Shown here piece by piece: positions 46,749 to 56,788 of a stretch of 64,000 nucleotides of DNA; the stretch's first letter is position 1; each line of letters starts with the position of its first letter. Source of the DNA: Candidatus Latescibacterota bacterium (GTDB lineage: Bacteria; Latescibacterota; UBA2968; UBA8231). A program made the position numbers and the translations under genes. Under the pieces are notes generated by a model, which saw only the letters and a program-made list of their open reading frames with translations, did not search any database and was not told where the DNA came from. The stretch covers positions 4,352,001 through 4,416,000 of the forward strand of contig OZ253462.1 of NCBI GenBank assembly GCA_965261395.1, given 5' to 3'.

Positions 46749-49100
46749 TCAATAGGCTACGGCTAGGGTGCGCAATACTTCCCCCTGCCCAGCGTCGGCA
46801 CCCGCGTCAATGCGGCATACGTACAGGCCGGGCGCAACCCGCTCACCCGACGCATCCAGCCCAGCCCAGCTAAACGACTGCAAAACATCCCCACCCGACG
46901 AAACAAGAGCCGCCACCTCCCGACCCGCCAAGTCGAATATCCGCACGCTCGGAGTAGCATCGACCGCCTTGAACAGCGCAAAGCGAATCTGCACCTGATC
47001 GTTGATCCCATCGCCGTTGGGCGAAAACACCGACGGCACAATCTGTAAATCGCCGATCAACCGCTCGCTGCCGGGCAGGTCGGGCAGAAAAACCAAGTTG
47101 GCTTGCCGCTCGGCCGCCTCCACCGACTGCCATAGCCCCGGACGCGCCTCTTGCCCTAAGTCGGCGGCAAAGACCGTGGCGTTGCGCAACACTTTAGTGG
47201 TGAACTCCACGGCAATCGAATCCGTCCGCACCGTCTCCGGCAAATCCACAAACAACAGCGAATCCCCCGCCACCCGCACCGCACTCGGCGTGCGCTCCGC
47301 ACCACCGATTAGCAGCCGCACGTCCGCTGCATCGATGGTACTGGGGGTGGAAAAGCGCAGCCGGTCGAAGCCAGAGTCGCGCTCGTCCGCGTTGGTCTGC
47401 AGCGCATAGGTGAACCGCGTCGCCTCGTTGGGCACGGCATGGCGCGGCGCAATCTGACCGGCTGCCTGCGCCACCAACGCGTCCTCAAAATCGAGTGTGA
47501 GGGCATGCAACACCGGTGCGACGGCTGGATCCTCCGTGGAAATAATCAGCTCTAACTGAATAAAGCGACGCGGCGTCTCCGACTTAAACGCCTCGCCGGA
47601 AAACTGGTAGAAGTTGCTCCACGCGCCCCAATCGGCTCCGACGGCGACCATGGTGTCGATGGGACCTCGGATGACTTTGGGCAAGCTGCCGTAGCGCGTC
47701 TCGGTGACTTCCTCGCCCTTTTTGTCGTAAAAGGTGTATAGCTCTTGCAGGGTGTTGCCCGCACGCGAGCGCACCTGCAACCGCGTCTGGTCGGGCGTCG
47801 TCGCCTCCCAGCGCAAGCGGTTGATGGCCTTAGGGCGGCCGTCGCCGGCGAGCTGTCCGAGGTCGATAAAGCCCGAGAGCAAAACCACCTGCGCGGGGTA
47901 CCCCGGCGAGAACAGCATCAACTCCATGGGATGGGAAAACCAGCCCGTATCGGTCAGCGAATGCCAGAACAAGTAGCGGATCTTGCGCGGAGCAAACGCG
48001 TAGCGATGGTGGCGCAAATTCCACTCCGCGCCGCTGACCGGCCTTGGCTCGAAGATCAGCGGCGTGTAGTCGATGTCGCCAGCAATGGTGCGCCGCCCAT
48101 CGGAAAAGAGGATTTGGTAGCCGGTGCCAGCCTGCAACCCCTCGAACAGGAAGCTCGACAGACCCTCGCCGCGATGCTGCCAGTAGATGAAAGCCTCGTC
48201 GAGCCAGAACAGCGCGCCTAGATCGACGGCCCACCACACCCCGCTCTCGCGCCAGCCGCCCTTGGTCTGGACGGTGAATATATTGCCGTACGTATCGGTG
48301 ATGCCGTCGAACATGTTCTGCGGCTCGCGCGCCAAAAGCCCGTTGTCGAAGCTCCCTCCGCGCGCCAAGACCCCGAGGCTTATGTTGTCGCCCGCGGTGA
48401 TCACCTCTACTTCGGCCAAGGCGGCGGCGGCGCTCTTTTCGTCGGCGCGCACGCGCACAAAGCGCACCATGCGAAAGGTGTTCAGCGCGGCCGGCTCCAG
48501 CCCGAGGTTTTCGTCGATGACCCGCGTTATGTCGCGCTCACCGACCAGCTCGATATCGACTACTTGCTCTTGGTTGGGCTGGGTCGTCTGAAAGATCTGG
48601 TCGAACTTGAAGACGTCGTCCGCGGATTGAATGCGCGCGCCATTGGCCGTGAAAACGCTGAATTGCCGCAAGGGACGCGCGCCCGCGCGGTCGGGAAACA
48701 CCAAGCGAATGCGCTCGGCTAGCACGGGCCGCCCCAAGTCAATGGTCACCACCCAATCGACCAGATCGTCGGATTGGCTAGGCCGCCACACCGTCTCCAA
48801 GTCCCCGTCCATGATGCGCCGGGCTGCCGTCGGATTAGAGCCGGCCTGCCAGATCCCCCCCTGCACCTTGCCGCGGGTCTGAGTGGGCTGGGTGAAGAGA
48901 TGGGCATCGAGGGTAGCGTTGATCTCCTTGCGGAATTTCGTCAGTTCCAGCGAGCCGTCATCTGCAAACTGGACGATGTCCTCCGGGACTTCCCAAGTCG
49001 CCCACTCCGCCGGGGTGTCGAAGCGGACTTCCTCTGCGTGGCTCGGGCCGTGGAACAACAGGCCCATCAGCAAGCAGCAAACCCCGTGTTTTCTCAGCAT
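46749..49100 (-). CDS. Secreted protein with discoidin-like segments and FlgD-Ig/T9SS type B-like CTD (paralog 1)
   Basis: Signal peptide; MDGDLETVW, IDLG; CTD VFSPNGDGIND...WAGLD..G..VAPGLY. Confidence 0.8.
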   Translation of the reverse strand: MLRKHGVCCLLMGLLFHGPSHAEEVRFDTPAEWATWEVPEDIVQFADDGSLELTKFRKEINATLDAHLFTQPTQTRGKVQGGIWQAGSNPTAARRIMDGDLETVWRPSQSDDLVDWVVTIDLGRPVLAERIRLVFPDRAGARPLRQFSVFTANGARIQSADDVFKFDQIFQTTQPNQEQVVDIELVGERDITRVIDENLGLEPAALNTFRMVRFVRVRADEKSAAAALAEVEVITAGDNISLGVLARGGSFDNGLLAREPQNMFDGITDTYGNIFTVQTKGGWRESGVWWAVDLGALFWLDEAFIYWQHRGEGLSSFLFEGLQAGTGYQILFSDGRRTIAGDIDYTPLIFEPRPVSGAEWNLRHHRYAFAPRKIRYLFWHSLTDTGWFSHPMELMLFSPGYPAQVVLLSGFIDLGQLAGDGRPKAINRLRWEATTPDQTRLQVRSRAGNTLQELYTFYDKKGEEVTETRYGSLPKVIRGPIDTMVAVGADWGAWSNFYQFSGEAFKSETPRRFIQLELIISTEDPAVAPVLHALTLDFEDALVAQAAGQIAPRHAVPNEATRFTYALQTNADERDSGFDRLRFSTPSTIDAADVRLLIGGAERTPSAVRVAGDSLLFVDLPETVRTDSIAVEFTTKVLRNATVFAADLGQEARPGLWQSVEAAERQANLVFLPDLPGSERLIGDLQIVPSVFSPNGDGINDQVQIRFALFKAVDATPSVRIFDLAGREVAALVSSGGDVLQSFSWAGLDASGERVAPGLYVCRIDAGADAGQGEVLRTLAVAY

Positions 49101-49117
49101 CCTACCACTCCAACCAA

Positions 49118-51541
49118 TTAGTAGGCTACCTCGACAACCCGCAGTTCAATGGCGTCGCCGGAGTCCGCGTTTACGTCTATGCGCCAGAGATAGATGCCCG
49201 GAGGCACGATCGCCCCGGCGGCGTCTTGGCCATCCCACCTAAAGCGGCGGGTTGGCCCCTCTGCCACCGACATCAATTGGGTCACTGGCCGGCCGACCAA
49301 ATCGCGCACCTCAACCATGGGCACGGCATCTTGGGCCTTGAAGACGACAAAGCTCAGTTCCACAGCATCGTTGATTCCATCGCCATTGGGCGTGAGCACC
49401 CGGCTCGAAAGCTGCAAGTCGCTAATCAAGCGCTTGCTGTCGGCCAACTCGGGCAGCAGTACCACGTTAGACCGGCGCTCGGCCGGCTCGACGTCTTGCC
49501 ACAGGTCGGGCGTGTCGCTCAGGCCCAGATCGGCTTCTACAACCGCGGCGTTTCGCACCAGCCGAGTGGTGAAAGAGACCTGCACGGAGTCGCCTTGAAC
49601 CACCTGCGGCAAGTCGATCAGCAGCGAATCCGCTACAATGTCCATAGCAGCCGGCACGACCGCCTGACCGGCGACCATCACCTCGACCTCATCGACCCGT
49701 ACCAGATCGGGCACAACCAAACGCAGGCGGTCAAAACCCGTGTTTTCTGGAACCACGGACGGCCATAGCATATAGGTGAAACGGGTGTCCTCGTTGGGCT
49801 TGGCTTGGCGCGGCAGAATCGACCCGTGTGCCTCGTAGACCAGCGCATCGACGAACTCCAACTCGACCGAGCGCACCGTGGGAGCCACCTCCGGGTCTTC
49901 CGTGCTCATAACTAGCTCTAGCTGGACGAACTTGCGCGGCGAGTCCGACTTAAAAGGCTCGCCCGACAGCTTGTACACGTTGCTCCACTCGCTCCACTCC
50001 TCCCCGACGACGACCGAGGTGTCCACTCGGCCTCGCAGCACCTTGGGCGAGCTGTTCCACTTCTCCTCGGTGACCACCTCGCCGATCTTGTTGTGAAAGG
50101 TGTACACCTCGCCCATCTCGTTGCCCGAGCGGGAGCGCAGCTCGATCTGGGTATTGGGCGGCAGGTCGGCGTCGTAGTGGAGGGCCTTGATCACCTTGGG
50201 CTGCCCGTCGCCAGCGAGCGCACTCAGGTCCAAAAAATTCGATTGAATGACGACTTCGGCTGGGTAGCCCGGGGAGAACATCTGTAGCTCCATGGGATGG
50301 GCGCGCCAGCCCAAGTCGTGCAGAGCCAGCCAGAAGATGTGCCGCACCTTGCGAGGATTGAACAAATAGCGGTAATGCCGCTTGTATTGCTCGCGGGCAT
50401 TGGTCCACTCCGGTTCAAAAATCCACATATCAAAGTCGATGTCGCCGGACAGGGTCTTGGTCCCGTCGGAAGAGAAAAAGGTGTACCCCGTGCCGGCGTT
50501 GTTGGTCCCCAAGCGGAAGTCAGCGAGGCGTTCGCCGGCCTTTTGCCAATAGACAAACGCGTCGTCAACCCAATAGGTCGCTCCCAGATCCACCTGCCAC
50601 CACAAGCCCCCTTCCAAGGCCGTGCCGCGCGACTCGGTAAACTGCTGATGCACCTCGATAACCCCGTACGTATTGAGGTTGCCGTCGAGCCAAAAGAAGG
50701 GGTCGGGCGCCCGCGATCCATTGACGTACGTACCGCCCTTTGCCTCGACTCCAAGGCTGAGGTTGTCGCCAGCGGCAATGACCTCGATCTCGGCGAGCGC
50801 ACCGTCGAGCTGGTGCTCATCGACGAGGAAGCGAATGAACTGGATCATCTGCCACTCGGAGTTGGCAGCCACCCGCGAATCCACTTGGCCGGTGGTGTTG
50901 GCCTTGAATCTGAATAAGTCCACGGTAAAATCGTCGAGACCGCCGACATCGCTCAGTTGCTCCACGGCGCGGGTGGTATCCTCCACCGCCGGCTTGAACC
51001 CAAAGCTGAGGTACGTATCTAGGTTGGGCTTGGTCGTGCGATAGATCGGTGCGAAGCGATATACGTCCTCTAAAGCTGCCACGTGGGCACCCGTAGAGGC
51101 GAAGACGCTGAACTGGCGGAAGGGCCTAGCCCCTTCTTCGTCGGGAAAGTGGATGCGAATTTCTTTGGCCAATACTGCGCGGCCCAAGTCGATTTGCACG
51201 ATCCACTTATCGAGCGGGTCGCCGCCAGCCGGCTGCCAAAAGGTAGCGGCATCCCCGTCGATGATCCGGGGAGCGTCGCCTGGATTGCTCAGCGCGGACC
51301 AGATGCCGCCGGCCACCTCCCCGCGCTCATTCGTCGGGTGGACGAAGAGAGGGGCATCGAGCACGGCGTTGATGTCCTTGCGAAACTTGACCAGCCCCAA
51401 GTGCCCCTGCGGGGTAAAGATGTTTAATTGCGGCTTGGGCGACCAGTTAGCCTCCCAAGCTGCTTGGCTGTCGAAGGTGAGGAACTCGGCGCGTGCGTGG
51501 CAGGCGAGTAGCAATGCTAAGGCGATGGCGCAGTTGTACAT
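49118..51541 (-). CDS. Secreted protein with discoidin-like segments and CTD (paralog 2)
   Basis: Signal peptide; IDGDAATFW, IDLG; CTD LTPNGDGIND...WDGQD...PPGIY. ATG after GGAGG. Confidence 0.8.
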   Translation of the reverse strand: MYNCAIALALLLACHARAEFLTFDSQAAWEANWSPKPQLNIFTPQGHLGLVKFRKDINAVLDAPLFVHPTNERGEVAGGIWSALSNPGDAPRIIDGDAATFWQPAGGDPLDKWIVQIDLGRAVLAKEIRIHFPDEEGARPFRQFSVFASTGAHVAALEDVYRFAPIYRTTKPNLDTYLSFGFKPAVEDTTRAVEQLSDVGGLDDFTVDLFRFKANTTGQVDSRVAANSEWQMIQFIRFLVDEHQLDGALAEIEVIAAGDNLSLGVEAKGGTYVNGSRAPDPFFWLDGNLNTYGVIEVHQQFTESRGTALEGGLWWQVDLGATYWVDDAFVYWQKAGERLADFRLGTNNAGTGYTFFSSDGTKTLSGDIDFDMWIFEPEWTNAREQYKRHYRYLFNPRKVRHIFWLALHDLGWRAHPMELQMFSPGYPAEVVIQSNFLDLSALAGDGQPKVIKALHYDADLPPNTQIELRSRSGNEMGEVYTFHNKIGEVVTEEKWNSSPKVLRGRVDTSVVVGEEWSEWSNVYKLSGEPFKSDSPRKFVQLELVMSTEDPEVAPTVRSVELEFVDALVYEAHGSILPRQAKPNEDTRFTYMLWPSVVPENTGFDRLRLVVPDLVRVDEVEVMVAGQAVVPAAMDIVADSLLIDLPQVVQGDSVQVSFTTRLVRNAAVVEADLGLSDTPDLWQDVEPAERRSNVVLLPELADSKRLISDLQLSSRVLTPNGDGINDAVELSFVVFKAQDAVPMVEVRDLVGRPVTQLMSVAEGPTRRFRWDGQDAAGAIVPPGIYLWRIDVNADSGDAIELRVVEVAY

Positions 51542-51552
51542 GAGTGCCTCCC

Positions 51553-53598
51553 TCAATAGGCGAGGTTAATGGGCCGAAGCTGTAGGGCGCTCTTATTTTC
51601 GGCCTCGATGCCGATGCCCAAAAGGTACAGGCCCGGGGTGAGTGTCTCTCCGCGCTGGTCGCGGCCGTCCCAGTGCAATTGCTGAGGACCAGACCCTTGC
51701 TGACCGCGCTGGACTTGAGCCACCCGGCGGCCGTCCAGCGAGAACACCTGTAGCTGCACCGGCACCGATTGCGGTAGCGCGAAGAGCGAGTAAGAAACGA
51801 CCAGCTCGTCGTTGACCCCGTCGCCGTTGGGGGTGATCACGCCGCTGGAGAACCGCACATCCTGCACTAACTGCGGATTGGCCGCGCTCGCAGCCAAGAC
51901 CCGCAGGCTATTAGTGCCGATCTCATCGCTGACGTCCCCGTCCTCGACTGGCTGCGGCAGGTCCGCGCTGCCGGTGTTGAAGACCTCGCCTTCAAAAGTG
52001 CGCGCAAAGTCGAAGACCTCGGCGGCAAAGGTCACCCGCAAGCTCGGGTTGTAGGCACTGCTTATGCGCTGCGGTAGCAGCACGACAAAGCCATCGTCCG
52101 CAACCTCGACCCCAGCCGGGTCGGTTGCGACCCCATCCACTTCCAGCCCCTTGAACTCGGTCTGAGTGCTACCGGTGCTAATCCGCAGGGCGTCAAAACC
52201 CACCTCCCCAGCCGCGAACTCCGCCTTGATGTCGTAGGTGAAGTCCGTCATCGCACCCAAGGTGACCTCGGTCACGCCGCGCGCTGGATTGGGCTGGCCG
52301 AGCTGGGCTATCTCAGCTACGACGCGGCTGGCCAAGATCGGCGAGGTCTCAATCCACAGGGAATCGAGGCGTACGAACTCGTCGAACCGCTCGCTGTGCA
52401 GCACCAGCTTGACCTGCAAATACGACCCTCGGTTGAGGTTGAGGGGCTGATCGGATTCGGTCGTTGGAAAGGCCCAGAACGTCCAATTTTGTTGGTCGTA
52501 CTCAATGCCGGCGCGGAGCCCTGGCTTGGGCCGCGTGGAAAGGGTCAGGGTTCCGCCTAGTCCGTCGGCATTAGTAACAGACGAGCTCTGGTTTTTCAGT
52601 ACGCCCTGATAGCGGGCTTGCTCGACGATGACGCGCGTCCCCATATCCGTGAACTCGTAGTAGATGTCCGGATTTGAGTCGATACCAGTGCGTGCTTCAA
52701 TCTCGATCTGCACGTTGGCGTCCGGGGCTTCCTCGGCCACGCCGTCGACTAGGCGCATGGGTGTGGCCTTCCAGAACAGCCGACCGAAGTTGACGACCGT
52801 GCCGAGGTCGAAAATGACCGTCTTGTACGTGGCCCGCTTGGGGATTCCCTCTCCCCAGAGAAAGAACTCGGCCAACGTCCCCTTGCGCGCCGTGCCCGAA
52901 TGCCCCAACGACTGATTCGTTGCCTCGTCGAGGATCGAACTCTTGCGCTTGTAGCGCACGTAGCGCACGTATTGCAGGGGAAAATCAGCCGCGATCTTGG
53001 AAATGACATTCTCGCGCGCCTCGGCAATGATTTCGCCGATGGGGTTAGACGTGTTCAGCACGTCGTTGTTGGTGTCCGCGGCGATCGACACCTCAAAAGC
53101 TGGGATGGCATCTTCTTCTAGCGGGGTCCCATCTGAGCGGTAGAACCCCTTGTCCGGCGTACTCATGGCAAAGCGAAACAGCGGCACCGGCACCCCCAGA
53201 TCAATGGTGTAGTACTCGCTGTCAATGCTGTTGCTGGTCACCGGATTGTACGTCGCGCCGCTGCCGTCGATGAGGTTGAGCGCATTGTCAACCGTCGACG
53301 AGGTCCCGGCCCCGCCCTTCCAAGCGCGGGGCCGCTCCCCATCGATAAAACCCAACTCGTCTGGATTCTTTTTCGGCGACCAGTTGTCGAGCAGGGGAAA
53401 GACCGTCGTATCCGTGCTGACCAGCACCGGCTGGATCGAGTTGTTCGGGTCGGCAAAGTCGATCATTACTTGGGCCGAGTCGCCATCGGCCCAGCGGAGG
53501 CCGCTCCCGCCGATCTGCCACAAAGAAATGTCCGCCGCCGCGCTCGTAGCCGATGCTGCGACGAGGAACCAAAGCCACAAATTCGCTAGACGTTTCAT
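51553..53598 (-). CDS. Secreted protein with CTD (paralog 3, more divergent)
   Basis: Signal peptide; IDG, IDLG; CTD ITPNGDGVND...WDGRD...PGLY. Confidence 0.78.
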   Translation of the reverse strand: MKRLANLWLWFLVAASATSAAADISLWQIGGSGLRWADGDSAQVMIDFADPNNSIQPVLVSTDTTVFPLLDNWSPKKNPDELGFIDGERPRAWKGGAGTSSTVDNALNLIDGSGATYNPVTSNSIDSEYYTIDLGVPVPLFRFAMSTPDKGFYRSDGTPLEEDAIPAFEVSIAADTNNDVLNTSNPIGEIIAEARENVISKIAADFPLQYVRYVRYKRKSSILDEATNQSLGHSGTARKGTLAEFFLWGEGIPKRATYKTVIFDLGTVVNFGRLFWKATPMRLVDGVAEEAPDANVQIEIEARTGIDSNPDIYYEFTDMGTRVIVEQARYQGVLKNQSSSVTNADGLGGTLTLSTRPKPGLRAGIEYDQQNWTFWAFPTTESDQPLNLNRGSYLQVKLVLHSERFDEFVRLDSLWIETSPILASRVVAEIAQLGQPNPARGVTEVTLGAMTDFTYDIKAEFAAGEVGFDALRISTGSTQTEFKGLEVDGVATDPAGVEVADDGFVVLLPQRISSAYNPSLRVTFAAEVFDFARTFEGEVFNTGSADLPQPVEDGDVSDEIGTNSLRVLAASAANPQLVQDVRFSSGVITPNGDGVNDELVVSYSLFALPQSVPVQLQVFSLDGRRVAQVQRGQQGSGPQQLHWDGRDQRGETLTPGLYLLGIGIEAENKSALQLRPINLAY

Positions 53599-53640
53599 AA
53601 TTTCTTCTCCCGCTAGACCAATAGTATAGTATAAAAAAAA

Positions 53641-55410
53641 TTACGGCGGCGCTGTTTTCTCTTTATCAGCATTGGCGAGCGCGTACTTTTCGAGCACATC
53701 GCCGTTGATGCCCCATGCACTGCGCCACTTGTTCCGCAACTGGAGGTTGAGGTCGCGCAATTCGCGCTGCTGCTTTTCTTGGCGGGCCAAGTAGTGGGCC
53801 TTCTGTTGGATCAAGTCGTATTCTTGCACTCGCTTGGGCCGACGCTGCAAGACTTTGAAGATCGAAAAGGCCCTTTCCAAAAGCTGGAGATCGCGCAGGG
53901 TAGACGGCAAGGGACTGACCAGTTCAATCGGACCTTGCAATTCCCTTTCGGGCGCGGCAATGGCCGCGTCCATCAGCTCCTTGTAAACGATCTTTTCAAA
54001 TGCACGCAGTGCGTAAAGGCCGCCGTTTTCGTCCGCGTCGCGCCGGATGCTGTGTTTGGTCGCCAGGGCACCCATATCGGCCCCGTTGCGAATTTGCTCC
54101 AACAGCTCTTGGGCGAGCGACTCGTCGGCGACCATGATTTCTTGGACGACGATTTCCTCCGGCACCCAGTACATCTCTGGATGTGCCTCGTAGTGGGCAC
54201 GCGCTTCCTCTTCGCTCTCCGCTAGGGCACCTTGGAGCAGCTCTTCCCACAGCCCTTGGAGTAGCAGCCGCTCCTTTTCGGCTCGCACCTTCTCCTGCAC
54301 CTCGGGCCGCTCGGCGTATCCACCGCGCTCGGCTGCCACGCCCAAAAGTAGGTCCGGTGCCCCACGACGGCGGATTCGGTCGTCGAGCAAGGCGCTGTCG
54401 ATTTGGGCGCGGCCCAGCCGCGTATTGTGCAGCAAATAGCTGCTCTGCTGCATGGTGATGACGCCGCTATCGTATTCGTAGAGCGGGGCGGCCCACTCCT
54501 CGGGCGTTAGCTGCGGTGCGCCAGGCTGTTCGTTCCAAGCCGCGACAAAGCGCCGCACGTGTTCCCCCACCGGGCGCAAGCCACTCTCGACGACCAGTTC
54601 GGCGATGTGGTCGCTGCGCAAGTTCTCGATTTTTTCGAGGAAGGTCACCCGCTGAATCACCGAGCGATACTTCTCAAAAGGCACCAATTTCTTATCGACG
54701 ACCTTGGCAATCTCCCAGCCTTGGGGCGTGCGGAAGGGCTGGCTGACCTCGCCTGTATCCAACGAGAACACGCGATCGTACACTCGATCTGAGACCCGGT
54801 CGAAGGCATAGTACGCGGCAAACCAGCCCCCATCAGCCGCGGTCGCCTCGTCCAGCGAGTGCTGGCGCGCCATGTCCTCAAAGGTGGCCCGACCGGCCTC
54901 AATCTCCGCGTAGATGGAATCAGCGCGAGCGCGGCTGTCGAGCAGAATGTGCGCACCGCGCACGGCGTGGCGGGCCGGATGCGCATCAAAGGTGGCCCGC
55001 AGCTCGTCTTCGGAAATCTCGATTTGCAGGCCGACCTGCTCGCGTATATAGGCTTCGACCATGGCCTTGTGCCGGGCTAGGTCCACGGCCTTGATCCACT
55101 CGGGATTTTTGTCTAACCCCCGCTCATACGCCTCGCGCACCATGAGCTTGATGTCGATCAGAGTTAGCAGGTGCTCGCGGTGCTTTTCCACGCCCTGTGC
55201 TAGCGAGCGGTGCTGAGATTGAATCCGGGCTTCGTAGCGGCGGAATTCGCGCTCGTCGATTGGGTCGTCGCCGACTTGCGCCAAGGCGGTGCCCGGCACC
55301 GTTAAACCGCCCCCCTCTATGGCTGGGGTCGGGTCCGCCGGCTCTTGGGCACAACAAAAAAGGAACGAGCAGGCCATAAGCCCCGCCCATTTTCTCGCGT
55401 TATTGGTCAT
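53641..55410 (-). CDS. PpiC/parvulin-type peptidyl-prolyl isomerase (SurA/PrsA-like), two rotamase domains, probable lipoprotein
   Basis: AHILL...FEDMARQHSLD...GG...VSQPFRTPQGW; second QEIMV...LATKHS...GG. Confidence 0.85.
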   Translation of the reverse strand: MTNNARKWAGLMACSFLFCCAQEPADPTPAIEGGGLTVPGTALAQVGDDPIDEREFRRYEARIQSQHRSLAQGVEKHREHLLTLIDIKLMVREAYERGLDKNPEWIKAVDLARHKAMVEAYIREQVGLQIEISEDELRATFDAHPARHAVRGAHILLDSRARADSIYAEIEAGRATFEDMARQHSLDEATAADGGWFAAYYAFDRVSDRVYDRVFSLDTGEVSQPFRTPQGWEIAKVVDKKLVPFEKYRSVIQRVTFLEKIENLRSDHIAELVVESGLRPVGEHVRRFVAAWNEQPGAPQLTPEEWAAPLYEYDSGVITMQQSSYLLHNTRLGRAQIDSALLDDRIRRRGAPDLLLGVAAERGGYAERPEVQEKVRAEKERLLLQGLWEELLQGALAESEEEARAHYEAHPEMYWVPEEIVVQEIMVADESLAQELLEQIRNGADMGALATKHSIRRDADENGGLYALRAFEKIVYKELMDAAIAAPERELQGPIELVSPLPSTLRDLQLLERAFSIFKVLQRRPKRVQEYDLIQQKAHYLARQEKQQRELRDLNLQLRNKWRSAWGINGDVLEKYALANADKEKTAPP

Positions 55411-56788
55411 CTTTTTGCTTTCTAATCAAGGCGTCGGCTATGCGTTTGTGTTCCTCGCTTTTGGCGATCTGCCCCAGCCGCTTGTAGGCCTCGGCCAGGG
55501 CTTGGTGGGCACCAAGCCAGTTTTCGTCGAGCGCGAGGGCCCGGTTGAGCATGGCGATGGCCTCATCCGTGCGCTGCTGGTTAAAATAAACCTGCCCGAG
55601 CGCGGCAAAAGCGGCTACGTGCTCGGGATTTTGCTGGATAATCTGCTGATAGGCTGCCGCCGCTTGGTCGAAATGGCCGGAGCGCAAGTAGATATTGCCC
55701 ATGTTGTTCAGCGCCCGCACGTGCGCGGGATTGATCCGCGCGGCTTGGGCGTAGTGCGGCAAGGCCACGCCGGTAAACCCCAGGCGGTTGTATATAAACC
55801 CCAAGCTGTAATGGGCTTCGGCATCGTCTGGATCGCTGCGCAGCCGCTCGCGGTAGCGCTGGATATCCCCCTCGACCTGCTTGATCTTTTCGTAGGCGGC
55901 GAGGGATTTTTCTCCGGCTGCCTCGCGGCCCTGCCGCAGGTGGATCTGACCCAATAGACGGAAGGACTCGGCAAGCCCGGGTTCAATTAGGATAGCCCGG
56001 CGGAAGCGGTCGGCCGCAGTCGCTAGGTCGTTTTGGCGCATCTGGATCCTCCCCAGTTGCAGATGCGCCTCCGCGTAGGTGGTGTCGGCCGCCAGCGTGC
56101 GCTCGAAGTACTCGGTCGCCCCGTCGTCGTTGTCCTCTTGCAGCCGGATCTCTCCCATTGCGTAGAGCGCGCGCGCATTCTGCGGCGCTGCCACCAAGAC
56201 CTGTTGCAGGGCCTCGCTGGCATCTGCATAGCGGCCCAAGCCGGAGTACACTAGCCCGAGGTTGAAGCGGGTGTGGAGGTGCTCGGGCCGCAGTGCCAAG
56301 GCGCGCTCATATTCGTGGGCGGCGTCGCCCAGCCGCCCCTGCTTGCTGTACACTGCCGCCTTGTTGCGCCGCGCTGGTGCGTACGTCGAGTCCAAGGCCA
56401 AGGCCGCGGCAAACGCGTCGTGGGCCTCGTCGTAGCGGCTCAGCTTCAGATGCACATTGCCCAAGGCGACGAGCCATTCGGGTTGGTCGGATTCGAGGGC
56501 CACGGCCATTTCGTAGAATTGGGTCGCCTCTTCGGGTTGGCCCAAGGCCAAGTGAATCCGACCTAGCGTAGCTAGCACCTCGCCCGACTGCGGATGGCGC
56601 TTGCGCGCTTCCCCGTATACCGCCAGCGCGTCCGCGTAGCGCTTCTGCCGCAATAGGGCACGCCCGACCAGCAGTGGATCCTCCACCGGAGGTGCCTGCA
56701 CTGCGGGTTGGGCAGGCGGGGCTTCCGGCTCGGTCTCGCAGCCGACTGACAGCACCCCGCACAGCGCTAATGACACCCATTTAATCAC
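55400..56788 (-). CDS. TPR-repeat lipoprotein
   Basis: Lipobox SVGC; TPRs over the whole length (FNLGLVY, NNMGNIY). Confidence 0.88.
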   Translation of the reverse strand: MIKWVSLALCGVLSVGCETEPEAPPAQPAVQAPPVEDPLLVGRALLRQKRYADALAVYGEARKRHPQSGEVLATLGRIHLALGQPEEATQFYEMAVALESDQPEWLVALGNVHLKLSRYDEAHDAFAAALALDSTYAPARRNKAAVYSKQGRLGDAAHEYERALALRPEHLHTRFNLGLVYSGLGRYADASEALQQVLVAAPQNARALYAMGEIRLQEDNDDGATEYFERTLAADTTYAEAHLQLGRIQMRQNDLATAADRFRRAILIEPGLAESFRLLGQIHLRQGREAAGEKSLAAYEKIKQVEGDIQRYRERLRSDPDDAEAHYSLGFIYNRLGFTGVALPHYAQAARINPAHVRALNNMGNIYLRSGHFDQAAAAYQQIIQQNPEHVAAFAALGQVYFNQQRTDEAIAMLNRALALDENWLGAHQALAEAYKRLGQIAKSEEHKRIADALIRKQKDDQ

